Shown here: piece after piece, positions 11,163 to 18,660 of the stretch
Numbering within the stretch: the first letter of the stretch is position 1
How the letters are laid out: every line of letters starts with the position of its first letter
Origin: Burkholderiales bacterium
GTDB lineage: Bacteria; Pseudomonadota; Gammaproteobacteria; Burkholderiales; Casimicrobiaceae
NCBI GenBank assembly: GCA_031277215.1
Contig: JAITMR010000073.1
Coordinates: forward strand, 10,502 to 74,501
Length of the DNA: 64,000 nucleotides
Direction: 5' to 3'
The notes under the pieces: generated by a model
Seen by the model: the letters and a program-made list of their open reading frames with translations, nothing else
The model's database searches: none
What the model was told of the DNA's origin: nothing
Position numbers and translations under genes: made by a program

Positions 11163-11990
11163 TCAAAGCAAATCGCGGCGACGAAAGACGAGATAACCCA
11201 GCGACAGAAACAAAAATCCGATAAAGCACAGATACGACAGCGCGTAAGCGATGATGCCGGTCGAGCCAAACGTATCGAGTAAAAAGTACGAAGTTGGGCC
11301 GATCACGGACAACACAGGGTCGAAAAGCGCAATCGCCGCGATGCGAAAAGTTTGAACAGGATTGAACAACGCCAACGCAAAGATGAGGTTGTCCGGCACC
11401 ATCTGCTGAATCAAAAATCCGATTAAAGCAATATCAATGAGCGCGATTAAAAGCAGCCAGATAAAAAGCGCCATACCAAGCGCCAACTCCTGGCTCTTGG
11501 TCGATACGGAGATAAAAAAGCCGATGCCGAGAAATGTCAGCGACGAGCAAGCGAGCAGTGCCGTATACAGCACCAGAAGCCGCCAGGGAATCTCGCTGCC
11601 TTGCGCCAACCCGATGCCGAGCGCCAACAAAAGAGCGAGCAGCAGCGGAAGCCAGATGACCAACAGCCGTCCCAACACTTTTCCCCAGTAATACGTCGCC
11701 AACGGAACCGGAAACGACAACAGGTACTCGAAAACGTTGCTGTCCCGCTCTTTCGCAATGGTGCGTACCGTTGTGACAAGAATGAATATCGGCAGAATGA
11801 TGTTGCACGCCTGAATGAAGATCAGCAAAAGCCGCGTCAGGCCAGAGAATCCCATCACTCGGCTTTCCGTAACGCCGGAAAGGAAAATGGCGACGACGAG
11901 CAGCAGGAACACCGCCGCATAACCAATGAACCAGCGTGACCGGAAAGATTCAAAAAAATCGAGCTTGGCAATCGTAAAAAGTTGGCTCAT
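11163..11990 (-). CDS. nosY: nos-associated ABC-2 permease NosY
   Basis: 275-aa polytopic ABC-2-type permease. It is the last gene of the co-directional nos operon. Confidence 0.8.
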   Translation of the reverse strand: MSQLFTIAKLDFFESFRSRWFIGYAAVFLLLVVAIFLSGVTESRVMGFSGLTRLLLIFIQACNIILPIFILVTTVRTIAKERDSNVFEYLLSFPVPLATYYWGKVLGRLLVIWLPLLLALLLALGIGLAQGSEIPWRLLVLYTALLACSSLTFLGIGFFISVSTKSQELALGMALFIWLLLIALIDIALIGFLIQQMVPDNLIFALALFNPVQTFRIAAIALFDPVLSVIGPTSYFLLDTFGSTGIIAYALSYLCFIGFLFLSLGYLVFRRRDLL

Positions 11991-12002
11991 GGGAAATTCT
12001 TG

Positions 12003-12632
12003 TTAACGGAGCGGCTGTTGCGGCGCGTGTTCTTGCAAAGACTCGTGCTGCGGTTGTTCTTGTTGCGGTTCGTTTTGCTCGTGTCCGTGTGGCTCGTCGC
12101 GCTCGTGTTCGTGCTGATGCTCAGGTGGCTGCTGATGTTGATGCTGGTTTTGCTCTCTTTTTTGCTTGCGTTCCCGAACGGTGTCGAGGACGATTTTCTC
12201 GGCTTCCTGAGCGGTAACCACCGTTTTATCGCCCTCGACCTTTTCCTTATGACTAAAAGCGGCAATACCAAACGACATCGGAGTGATGTAGGGCATCGCC
12301 AAAACAGCGTCTTCCAGCTTCAGCCATGCGCCGTCTGTCGCGTCGTTGACATAGACAACCGCTTCGCTGCGCCACGCCGGTTGATTTTCATTAAGCCAGG
12401 CAATCGCGCAGCCAAGATCATCAAACATGAAAGCGTTTCCTGTCTTTGGGTCGATGATTTGCGCCGAGTTCTGAGGGTCGCCCAACGCCATTTTGCACCG
12501 CACGCATGTGTCGCGATCCCAAACAGGTGTGCGTGCGCTGATGTCGATTTTCCTGTCGCACGCCAGAAGCGGAAGCGCCGATACCGCCGACAAGAAAATC
12601 AAGAAGGTTCGTCTCTGTTTAGATGTGCTCAT
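12003..12632 (-). CDS. nosL: NosL-family copper chaperone lipoprotein, paralog 2, with His/Gln/Glu-rich C-terminal tail
   Basis: Signal peptide with lipobox LLAC. It has the conserved DTCVRCKM and FDDLGC motifs. The ~50-aa tail reads EQNQHQHQQPPEHQHEHERDEPHGHEQNEPQQEQPQHE. Confidence 0.75.
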   Translation of the reverse strand: MSTSKQRRTFLIFLSAVSALPLLACDRKIDISARTPVWDRDTCVRCKMALGDPQNSAQIIDPKTGNAFMFDDLGCAIAWLNENQPAWRSEAVVYVNDATDGAWLKLEDAVLAMPYITPMSFGIAAFSHKEKVEGDKTVVTAQEAEKIVLDTVRERKQKREQNQHQHQQPPEHQHEHERDEPHGHEQNEPQQEQPQHESLQEHAPQQPLR

Positions 12633-12715
12633 TTCGTATTCCCTTTCTCAAGTCAAGTTTCATGTCGGACAGTCTTGCGACAAAGCCTATTCATGACCAA
12701 TTATGGCGACTTATG

Positions 12716-13219
12716 TTAACGTTGTTTTTGCTGCTGTTGCTGTTCTCTTTTTCGCCTGCGCTCGCGAACCGTCTCCAAAATGAGCTTCTCGGCTTCCTGC
12801 ATCGTGAGCACCGTCTTGTCGGCGCCAACTTTTTCTTTGCTGCGAAATGCCGCAATGCCGAACGACATCGGAGTGGCGTATGGCGTTGCCAAAACAGCTT
12901 CATCCGCCTTCAACCATGTGCCGTCGGTGGCGTCGTTAACGTAAATGGCGGCGTTGCCGCGCCATGCCGGTTTCTTTTCGTCGAGCCAAGCGACCGCGCA
13001 ACCAAGATCGTCGAACATGAGCATTTCACCTGTTTCAGGATCGATGATTTGCGCCGAGTTCAGGCGATCTTTCAACGCCATCTTGCAACGCGTGCAGGTA
13101 TCTTGTTTCAGTTTGATTTCCCGTGGCTGCGCCCCGCTTTTCTGGTTTTGCGCGAAAGCCAGCAGCGGAACCGTCGAAAGAAATATCAAAAGAGTTCGTC
13201 TTTGTTTAAATGCGCTCAT
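12716..13219 (-). CDS. nosL: NosL-family protein, paralog 1 (no lipobox Cys, no tail)
   Basis: 167 aa. By eye about two thirds of aligned residues are identical to the neighbouring paralog (DTCTRCKM, FDDLGC, YVNDATDG, PMSFGIAAF). The signal peptide ends LLAFAQ. Confidence 0.75.
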   Translation of the reverse strand: MSAFKQRRTLLIFLSTVPLLAFAQNQKSGAQPREIKLKQDTCTRCKMALKDRLNSAQIIDPETGEMLMFDDLGCAVAWLDEKKPAWRGNAAIYVNDATDGTWLKADEAVLATPYATPMSFGIAAFRSKEKVGADKTVLTMQEAEKLILETVRERRRKREQQQQQKQR

Positions 13220-13259
13220 CTTGCACTACCTTTCCAAAAAAAAGAACCAACAAAATATA

Positions 13260-13916
13260 TCATGCCGACACTGTTAAAGTACGCTCGTCTCGCACAACCC
13301 TTCCCAAATCAAGCTCAATAACCCGCGTCACCACATTGGCCAGCTCCTCCAGACGATGGCTGATGAATATGACCGTCTTGTTGCTCATCTCCGGCGCACC
13401 GATCAATTCGCGGAAGCGATCCCTTCCGATGGCATCGAGGTTGGCCGTGGGTTCATCAAAAATATAAACATCGACATCGCGCGAAAAAGCAACGCTGATC
13501 AGAATTTTCTGTTTCATGCCGCCGGACAATTTGTAAAAAGCCTTGTGCTTGTGCGCATTGGCGTCCAAGCCGAAATACAAACTGGTTTCCTTGATCTTGT
13601 CGATAGAGCAAAGACCTATTTTGGACGCATATTCAAAAAGCTCATTGAGCGTGAAACGAATCGGCGGAGGCAATTGCGGAACAAACGCAATTTTGCGCAA
13701 AGCCTCTACCCGCTCACTGGCAAGCGGGTGCCCGTTTACGGAAACTTTTCCGCAGTCTGGCCGGTACTCTCCCAGCAAGCAGCGGATCAGCGTCGTTTTC
13801 CCTGCGCCGTTATGCCCGAGAAAGAGGACTTTTTCTCCGTCGGCAATGTTGAGCGTAATGCCGGAAAGAATTTTCTGTCCAGAGAGCGATTTGTCCAGGT
13901 TCTGAATATCAATCAT
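13260..13916 (-). CDS. nosF: nos-associated ABC transporter ATPase NosF
   Basis: Walker A GHNGAGKTT, ABC signature LSGGMKQK, Walker B IYIFDEP. Confidence 0.85.
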   Translation of the reverse strand: MIDIQNLDKSLSGQKILSGITLNIADGEKVLFLGHNGAGKTTLIRCLLGEYRPDCGKVSVNGHPLASERVEALRKIAFVPQLPPPIRFTLNELFEYASKIGLCSIDKIKETSLYFGLDANAHKHKAFYKLSGGMKQKILISVAFSRDVDVYIFDEPTANLDAIGRDRFRELIGAPEMSNKTVIFISHRLEELANVVTRVIELDLGRVVRDERTLTVSA

Positions 13917-13919
13917 ACG

Positions 13920-14801
13920 TTAGACAATATTTTTCAGTCGGTTGAAAAAGGTCAGCGCGTCTTCGCCGCAAACATCTATGCAGCGTCCGCACAGTGTGCA
14001 ATCTGTACTTACAATGTAAATCGCTTTTTCGTCTTTGGAGAAGACCGGCGCCAGCGCCTTCGGGACGTGACAAACGGCGGTACATGCCCCGCAGTTGTTG
14101 CAGCGCGATTTATCCGCCTTAAGTTTCAGCAATGCAATCGGGTTCAAAAATCCATACGTTGTTCCGACCGGACAAATCGATCGGCACCAAACCCGCCGGG
14201 AAACAAAAATCTCAACAAGAAGAACGAAAAGAACGATCGTTAATGAAAGCAGCCCGCCATAAAGAAGCGCCCTGTAAATAACGCCTACGACGTTGAATAT
14301 TTCGAAAACGAGAATTCCGGTCAAAAAACTTGCCAGAAGAAACGCCGCCCAGATGATGTACTTCGTTTTATCCGGTAGGTGTCCTCCTTTTTTGAGGATT
14401 TTCTTTTCGATCAGCCAAAAACGAATACTCTCTCCGATTTCACTCAATACCCCGTACGGACAAATCCATGAGCAAAAGGAGCGCCCCCCCAAGGCAAGGT
14501 AAACAACAAGAACGGTTGCCGCTCCGATCGCCAGATTTCTCGGGATGGCGTGATGTGCCGCGAACACTTGCAAGGTGACGAATAAATCGATCAGATGCAG
14601 CCCGATAAAACGCGAGCCGACAAGCGTTCCTTCCAAAAGTTGGAGGTCAATCCGGTAAGAAAGCACGAACAGAAGCAAACAGCCGATGACCGTCAGGAAC
14701 CGCCAGGCACGCAACGAGGGTCGAGGCCCGCGCACCGTCTCACGGACAAAAGTCTTCCGTAAAGGCGCGTTCTGCGCCAGAATGCATTGCCGCTTACTCA
14801 C
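13920..14801 (-). CDS. nosH: NapH-like membrane polyferredoxin NosH
   Basis: Four TM helices. It has a CX3CP motif (CSWICPYG, CRSICPVG) and C-terminal 2x[4Fe-4S] motifs (CNNCGACTAVC, CTLCGRCIDVC). Confidence 0.8.
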   Translation of the reverse strand: MSKRQCILAQNAPLRKTFVRETVRGPRPSLRAWRFLTVIGCLLLFVLSYRIDLQLLEGTLVGSRFIGLHLIDLFVTLQVFAAHHAIPRNLAIGAATVLVVYLALGGRSFCSWICPYGVLSEIGESIRFWLIEKKILKKGGHLPDKTKYIIWAAFLLASFLTGILVFEIFNVVGVIYRALLYGGLLSLTIVLFVLLVEIFVSRRVWCRSICPVGTTYGFLNPIALLKLKADKSRCNNCGACTAVCHVPKALAPVFSKDEKAIYIVSTDCTLCGRCIDVCGEDALTFFNRLKNIV

Positions 14802-14810
14802 GTTCGGTCG

Positions 14811-15269
14811 TTAAAATGCAGCGGTTTCCCTGGCCAGCATTTCAAGTTCCTGATCGCTGGTTTGCTCCAGCAGGCCGAGCATCGCGGAATTCGACACCTG
14901 CTTCATTTTGTACCTCATCAAAATCGCCATATTCTCTTCTACACTCTTGCCGGCTATCGACGGCCCGACCGGCCCGCGCCCATCGCGTCCGTGGCAGGCG
15001 GAACATTTCACCAGATACAAGAGGCTCAATCCATCGCTGGACACCGCGCCCTGTTGCGCTTTCAGCTCTTGCAGCTTCGAATCGGTTTCCTCCATCGGCT
15101 GAATGTCACCGGCGCTCGAACGGAAACCCGCCTCTTCCGCAGAGGCCGCAGGTTGCCGCGCAGTAGCGCTTTCCTCTTCAGGTTTCGTGCCTATGGCTCC
15201 AAAAAGGTAGAAAAAAAGCGCCGCTACCAGAACCAGCATCGCGGCAACAAAGATATTTCGTGCGCTCAT
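14811..15269 (-). CDS. nosC2: membrane-anchored monoheme cytochrome c NosC2
   Basis: N-terminal TM anchor and a single CSACH heme motif. The start overlaps the nosC1 stop as ATGA. Confidence 0.7.
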   Translation of the reverse strand: MSARNIFVAAMLVLVAALFFYLFGAIGTKPEEESATARQPAASAEEAGFRSSAGDIQPMEETDSKLQELKAQQGAVSSDGLSLLYLVKCSACHGRDGRGPVGPSIAGKSVEENMAILMRYKMKQVSNSAMLGLLEQTSDQELEMLARETAAF

Positions 15270-15802
15270 TTTTTCATCTCCTTTCTAACCTCTTCGTTAA
15301 ATTTGGCAATATCTTCAGCGATGAAACGAATTTCCTTGTCGTCCATTTTTCGAACCAGTTCGCGCATCGGAACGTTCTTTACCTGATCCGTTTTGTACTT
15401 TACGATCATATCGTACACTTCATCACCGGACAGGCCAAGAAGCGTCGGCCCGATCACGCCGTTGGCGTAATTGTCGTGACAAGCGGAACATAAGACGATG
15501 AAATTCTTGCTCAACCTTTTCATCTTCAAGCTGTTATGGATCGCCGCATAAGGCATGTTCCGAACGATGACATAGGGCGCGACGTTTTTCGATTCCTCCG
15601 TTTCCTCCCCGGGCGCATAACGGATGATTTGTTCTCCCTTGAGATCGTAGGCGAGAAAGCGGTCGCGTTCCGCATCCACGGGCGCCGCCTCGCCGGAAAT
15701 CACGGTGATCTTGCCCGGTGTTTCCGGAATCGGCGCCTGTTCTTCCGTTTTGCCGCACCCGGCAAGAAACAGTACCGCAATCAAACACAAATAGCGCTTC
15801 AT
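15266..15802 (-). CDS. nosC1: lipoprotein monoheme cytochrome c NosC1
   Basis: Lipobox LAGCG and a single CSACH motif. ATGA overlap with the nosG stop. Confidence 0.7.
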   Translation of the reverse strand: MKRYLCLIAVLFLAGCGKTEEQAPIPETPGKITVISGEAAPVDAERDRFLAYDLKGEQIIRYAPGEETEESKNVAPYVIVRNMPYAAIHNSLKMKRLSKNFIVLCSACHDNYANGVIGPTLLGLSGDEVYDMIVKYKTDQVKNVPMRELVRKMDDKEIRFIAEDIAKFNEEVRKEMKK

Positions 15803-16503
15803 GAGCCTCGCTCCTTTCGATAAACTTCCTGATATGTTTTGCGAGGTATGATTTCAATGATTTGCGTCGGGCAAAGTTCCTGACAAACCGCACAACCAAC
15901 GCACCGCTCATGAAATTCGGGATAGCCCCCGTCCAACGTAATGGCCGCATCCCTGTCAGGGTAAGGGCAAAAATCACGGCACAATACGCAGTCCTTCCCG
16001 ACATGTTCCCGCAATTTTTCGGCCAGCTCTTTCTCAACCTCGTTGCGCGTACCATGGGAAATCAGCGCGTCAATCATTTCAGCGTTGACGGGCTTTTTCT
16101 GATAAAGCAGACATTGCGTCTTGTCGGTAAGCACGGCAACACCCATGTGAACTTGCTCTGCCCCTGAAACGTTATGATCGAGCGCCATCGTGGGGCACGC
16201 CAGCACGCAAGGCAAAAGGTCACACAAATAACAGCCACGAAGTTCCGGTCGGATGATCGGCGTCCCCGTCGCCGCGCCGTCATCGATGTCAAGCAGGAAT
16301 ACCGCATGGTAAGGGCAAACTTGAACGCATTGTCCGCACTTGATGCACAGCGCGAGAAACGCTTTTTCATCAAGTGCGCCCGGAAGGCGCAACCAATCTT
16401 TTTTATGCGCTTGACCCAGCATCAAGTAGCCTGCCCCCGGAATACCGGCCAGCAAAGCGGCGATGGTAACGCCTTGCGCGAATTTTCGGCGGTTAATCGT
16501 CAT
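15799..16503 (-). CDS. nosG: NapG-like periplasmic polyferredoxin NosG (Tat signal)
   Basis: Twin-arginine signal INRRKFAQG. Four Cys clusters are present (CIKCGQCVQVCP, CYLCDLLPCVLACP, CVLCRDFCP, CVGCAVCQELCP). Confidence 0.8.
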   Translation of the reverse strand: MTINRRKFAQGVTIAALLAGIPGAGYLMLGQAHKKDWLRLPGALDEKAFLALCIKCGQCVQVCPYHAVFLLDIDDGAATGTPIIRPELRGCYLCDLLPCVLACPTMALDHNVSGAEQVHMGVAVLTDKTQCLLYQKKPVNAEMIDALISHGTRNEVEKELAEKLREHVGKDCVLCRDFCPYPDRDAAITLDGGYPEFHERCVGCAVCQELCPTQIIEIIPRKTYQEVYRKERGS

Positions 16504-17788
16504 CTCGCTTATCTCGCTTCCGCACGGCGGGCTGCGGGTCGGTCGCCAGCAATTCAGGCTCGGAAAAAGGTATCAAACGAGCCATGAAGTTAATAGCACT
16601 GATGATCGGCGCCGCGTAGAAAAAACGCGCTGTCGGTCGGTGTCCCCACAGTTGATCGGCGTAGGCATACACTTCATGCGGGGTATCGCCGTAGCCGTCC
16701 TTGTTCCGGTCGAATCCTTCGTACTTGTCCCATCTGTTTTGAAACCATCGATTCAGATAAATCTTTGATCCCTGTGAATCGTTGCTGATATCGGAAATGT
16801 TTCCATCGAAACGATTGCCTTCGTAAATACTGCCGTGAATCGTTCCCTGTAGTTGAATGGCGATCGCGTTGTACAGAAAATGATTCTCCAGAAATTTATT
16901 GATCGTGCCGGGCTGATAAGGCGAATGGTCGAGATACAGGCCGGCGGCGTTATAAAGAAAGGTGTTTTTTTCAACGATGCAATCGGAGACTTCTTTCAGT
17001 CCGAGACCGATGCCGAATTTTTCAGAAGCGCCGACAAGGGTGTTGCTGTTTACCGTGCTGCCATGACTGTACATCAGGAAAACGCCGACCGAGTTGTCCT
17101 GAAAACGGTTGAAACGAACCTCGTTTCGGTCGGCGTACATAAAATGCAGCGAGTATCTCGAATCGGAACCGGTGTTGTCCTCGATCCGGTTGGCGCTGGA
17201 GTACCAGAAAACGTTGTCGCGCACGGCGTAGGTGGTATTGCCGCGGATAATGTTCGCGTGGCTGTACCAGAGTCGGATTCCGTCGCCTCTTAGCCCGAGC
17301 GAAAACGGTTTCGACGTAATGGTATTGCTCTGAATCTGGCCGCGATGGGCTTGTTCAAAATTGACACCGAAAAGACAATCACGCAACGTGTTGCCCATGA
17401 TTTTGACGGTATGAACCTCTTGCACAACGATGCAGGAATCAATCGCCTGATGTGATTCGCCACTGCCTTCGACGATAAGATTGCTGACGACAGCATGGTT
17501 GGCCGTGACGGTAATAACGCTGCCCTCCCCCGTACCGCGAATGACCGCGCCGCCATCTTCGCTGGTCAGCGTGATGGCTTTGTCGATACGAACAGGACCG
17601 GGATAAACACCGCGCCCCAGTTTGATAATACTGCCAGGCTCAACGTTGTCGATCGCTTCCTGCAGCGCATTGCCAAAACACGGCAAGGGCAGCAACAACA
17701 GCGGGAGCATGATGGCTCTTGAAAACATCCGGTTCTTTCTGTTGACGGCACGCCCCGGTTTGATAATACGGCCCGGCGCTGCCATCAT
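16493..17788 (-). CDS. nosD: NosD, periplasmic parallel beta-helix (CASH) maturation protein
   Basis: Repetitive beta-helix sequence rich in N/G/I, typical of NosD. The start was chosen at the ATG that overlaps the nosB stop (ATGA, 17788). An alternative start is MFSRAIM at 17728. The track ORF extends to 17839. Confidence 0.85.
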   Translation of the reverse strand: MMAAPGRIIKPGRAVNRKNRMFSRAIMLPLLLLPLPCFGNALQEAIDNVEPGSIIKLGRGVYPGPVRIDKAITLTSEDGGAVIRGTGEGSVITVTANHAVVSNLIVEGSGESHQAIDSCIVVQEVHTVKIMGNTLRDCLFGVNFEQAHRGQIQSNTITSKPFSLGLRGDGIRLWYSHANIIRGNTTYAVRDNVFWYSSANRIEDNTGSDSRYSLHFMYADRNEVRFNRFQDNSVGVFLMYSHGSTVNSNTLVGASEKFGIGLGLKEVSDCIVEKNTFLYNAAGLYLDHSPYQPGTINKFLENHFLYNAIAIQLQGTIHGSIYEGNRFDGNISDISNDSQGSKIYLNRWFQNRWDKYEGFDRNKDGYGDTPHEVYAYADQLWGHRPTARFFYAAPIISAINFMARLIPFSEPELLATDPQPAVRKRDKRDDD

Positions 17789-18564
17789 TTTACCGTTGCC
17801 GCGCCCTCTTTTCTCCGCGACAAAACAGCAAAAATACACAATACCGAAATAATCAGCAAAATATAAAAGCCTATCGTCGGATAAGAGTGCGTCGTGAATT
17901 GCGCGACCCTGCCGTCACCGAGAGCCGTCGGCATGAACGGCTTCACTTTGAACATTCCCCACTCCTGCAAATTGTGGCCATACCAGTAAAGCCAGCCCGC
18001 ATAGAAGGCGAAAAAACCCAGCGGGGTCAAAATCGACGGAACCAGAAGCAGCGACGACCATTTCCCCCGGAAAACAAAAAACAGGATCATCATGAGCGTT
18101 ATCGCCACCAGAATGAATGGCGACAATGCCCGCTCAACCTGAGCGCCGACTTCCATCGGATACATACCGATGAAATGGTTGATGATGTTCATTTCGTGAA
18201 CGTCTCCAGAGAAGCCGTCCAGATGAAAATAAACCGGTATTCCTTTGGGAAACGCCTCCTTCGGATAATTGGGCGCTTCGAGCGTCACGAACCAGACAGG
18301 AAAAGACATCGTGTTAATTTCGCCTTTTCTTTCGATGATCTGGCGCAAGTCTCCCTCCGCCCCTTTGGGCGTATAAGGGCTGGTATAACGCCCCTTCTGA
18401 TAAAGATTCCACATCGGGAAAACGAACGACGCCACTTCTTGCGTCCCCGACCGTTTTATTTTTTCCGGAACCTTATAGAAAGCCACCGTCGGAATGGTGA
18501 AGCAAAAAAGAAAGAGCAGTAGCGCAACCGCCGCAAAAATATCTGACTTGGTAAATTTCTTCAT
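17785..18564 (-). CDS. nosB: NosB, integral membrane protein of clade II nos clusters
   Basis: 259-aa polytopic membrane protein located directly after nosZ, as in Wolinella-type clusters. The assignment rests on position and topology only. Confidence 0.6.
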   Translation of the reverse strand: MKKFTKSDIFAAVALLLFLFCFTIPTVAFYKVPEKIKRSGTQEVASFVFPMWNLYQKGRYTSPYTPKGAEGDLRQIIERKGEINTMSFPVWFVTLEAPNYPKEAFPKGIPVYFHLDGFSGDVHEMNIINHFIGMYPMEVGAQVERALSPFILVAITLMMILFFVFRGKWSSLLLVPSILTPLGFFAFYAGWLYWYGHNLQEWGMFKVKPFMPTALGDGRVAQFTTHSYPTIGFYILLIISVLCIFAVLSRRKEGAATVK

Positions 18565-18606
18565 TGCCTCTAACCGATCCTGTCAACGTAAATGTTTTAA
18601 GCCAAA

Positions 18607-18639
18607 GGAGAGCGGTTCCGCCGTAGCGAAACCGCCTCC
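18607..18639 (-). promoter_or_regulatory. intercistronic GC-rich hairpin between nosZ and nosB
   Basis: On the minus strand: ggaggcggtt-tcgctacggcgg-aaccgcTctcc, followed by tttgg. There is no clean U tract, so this may be a partial terminator or an mRNA-stabilising element. Confidence 0.4.
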
Positions 18640-18660
18640 ATAAGTTACAACAGAACCCTG

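Noticed and set aside
11982-12719. 245-aa Leu/Val-rich plus-strand ORF
   Set aside because: It is the mirror image of nosL paralog 2. Its low-complexity Leu-rich part is simply the complement of the His/Gln/Glu-rich tail codons.
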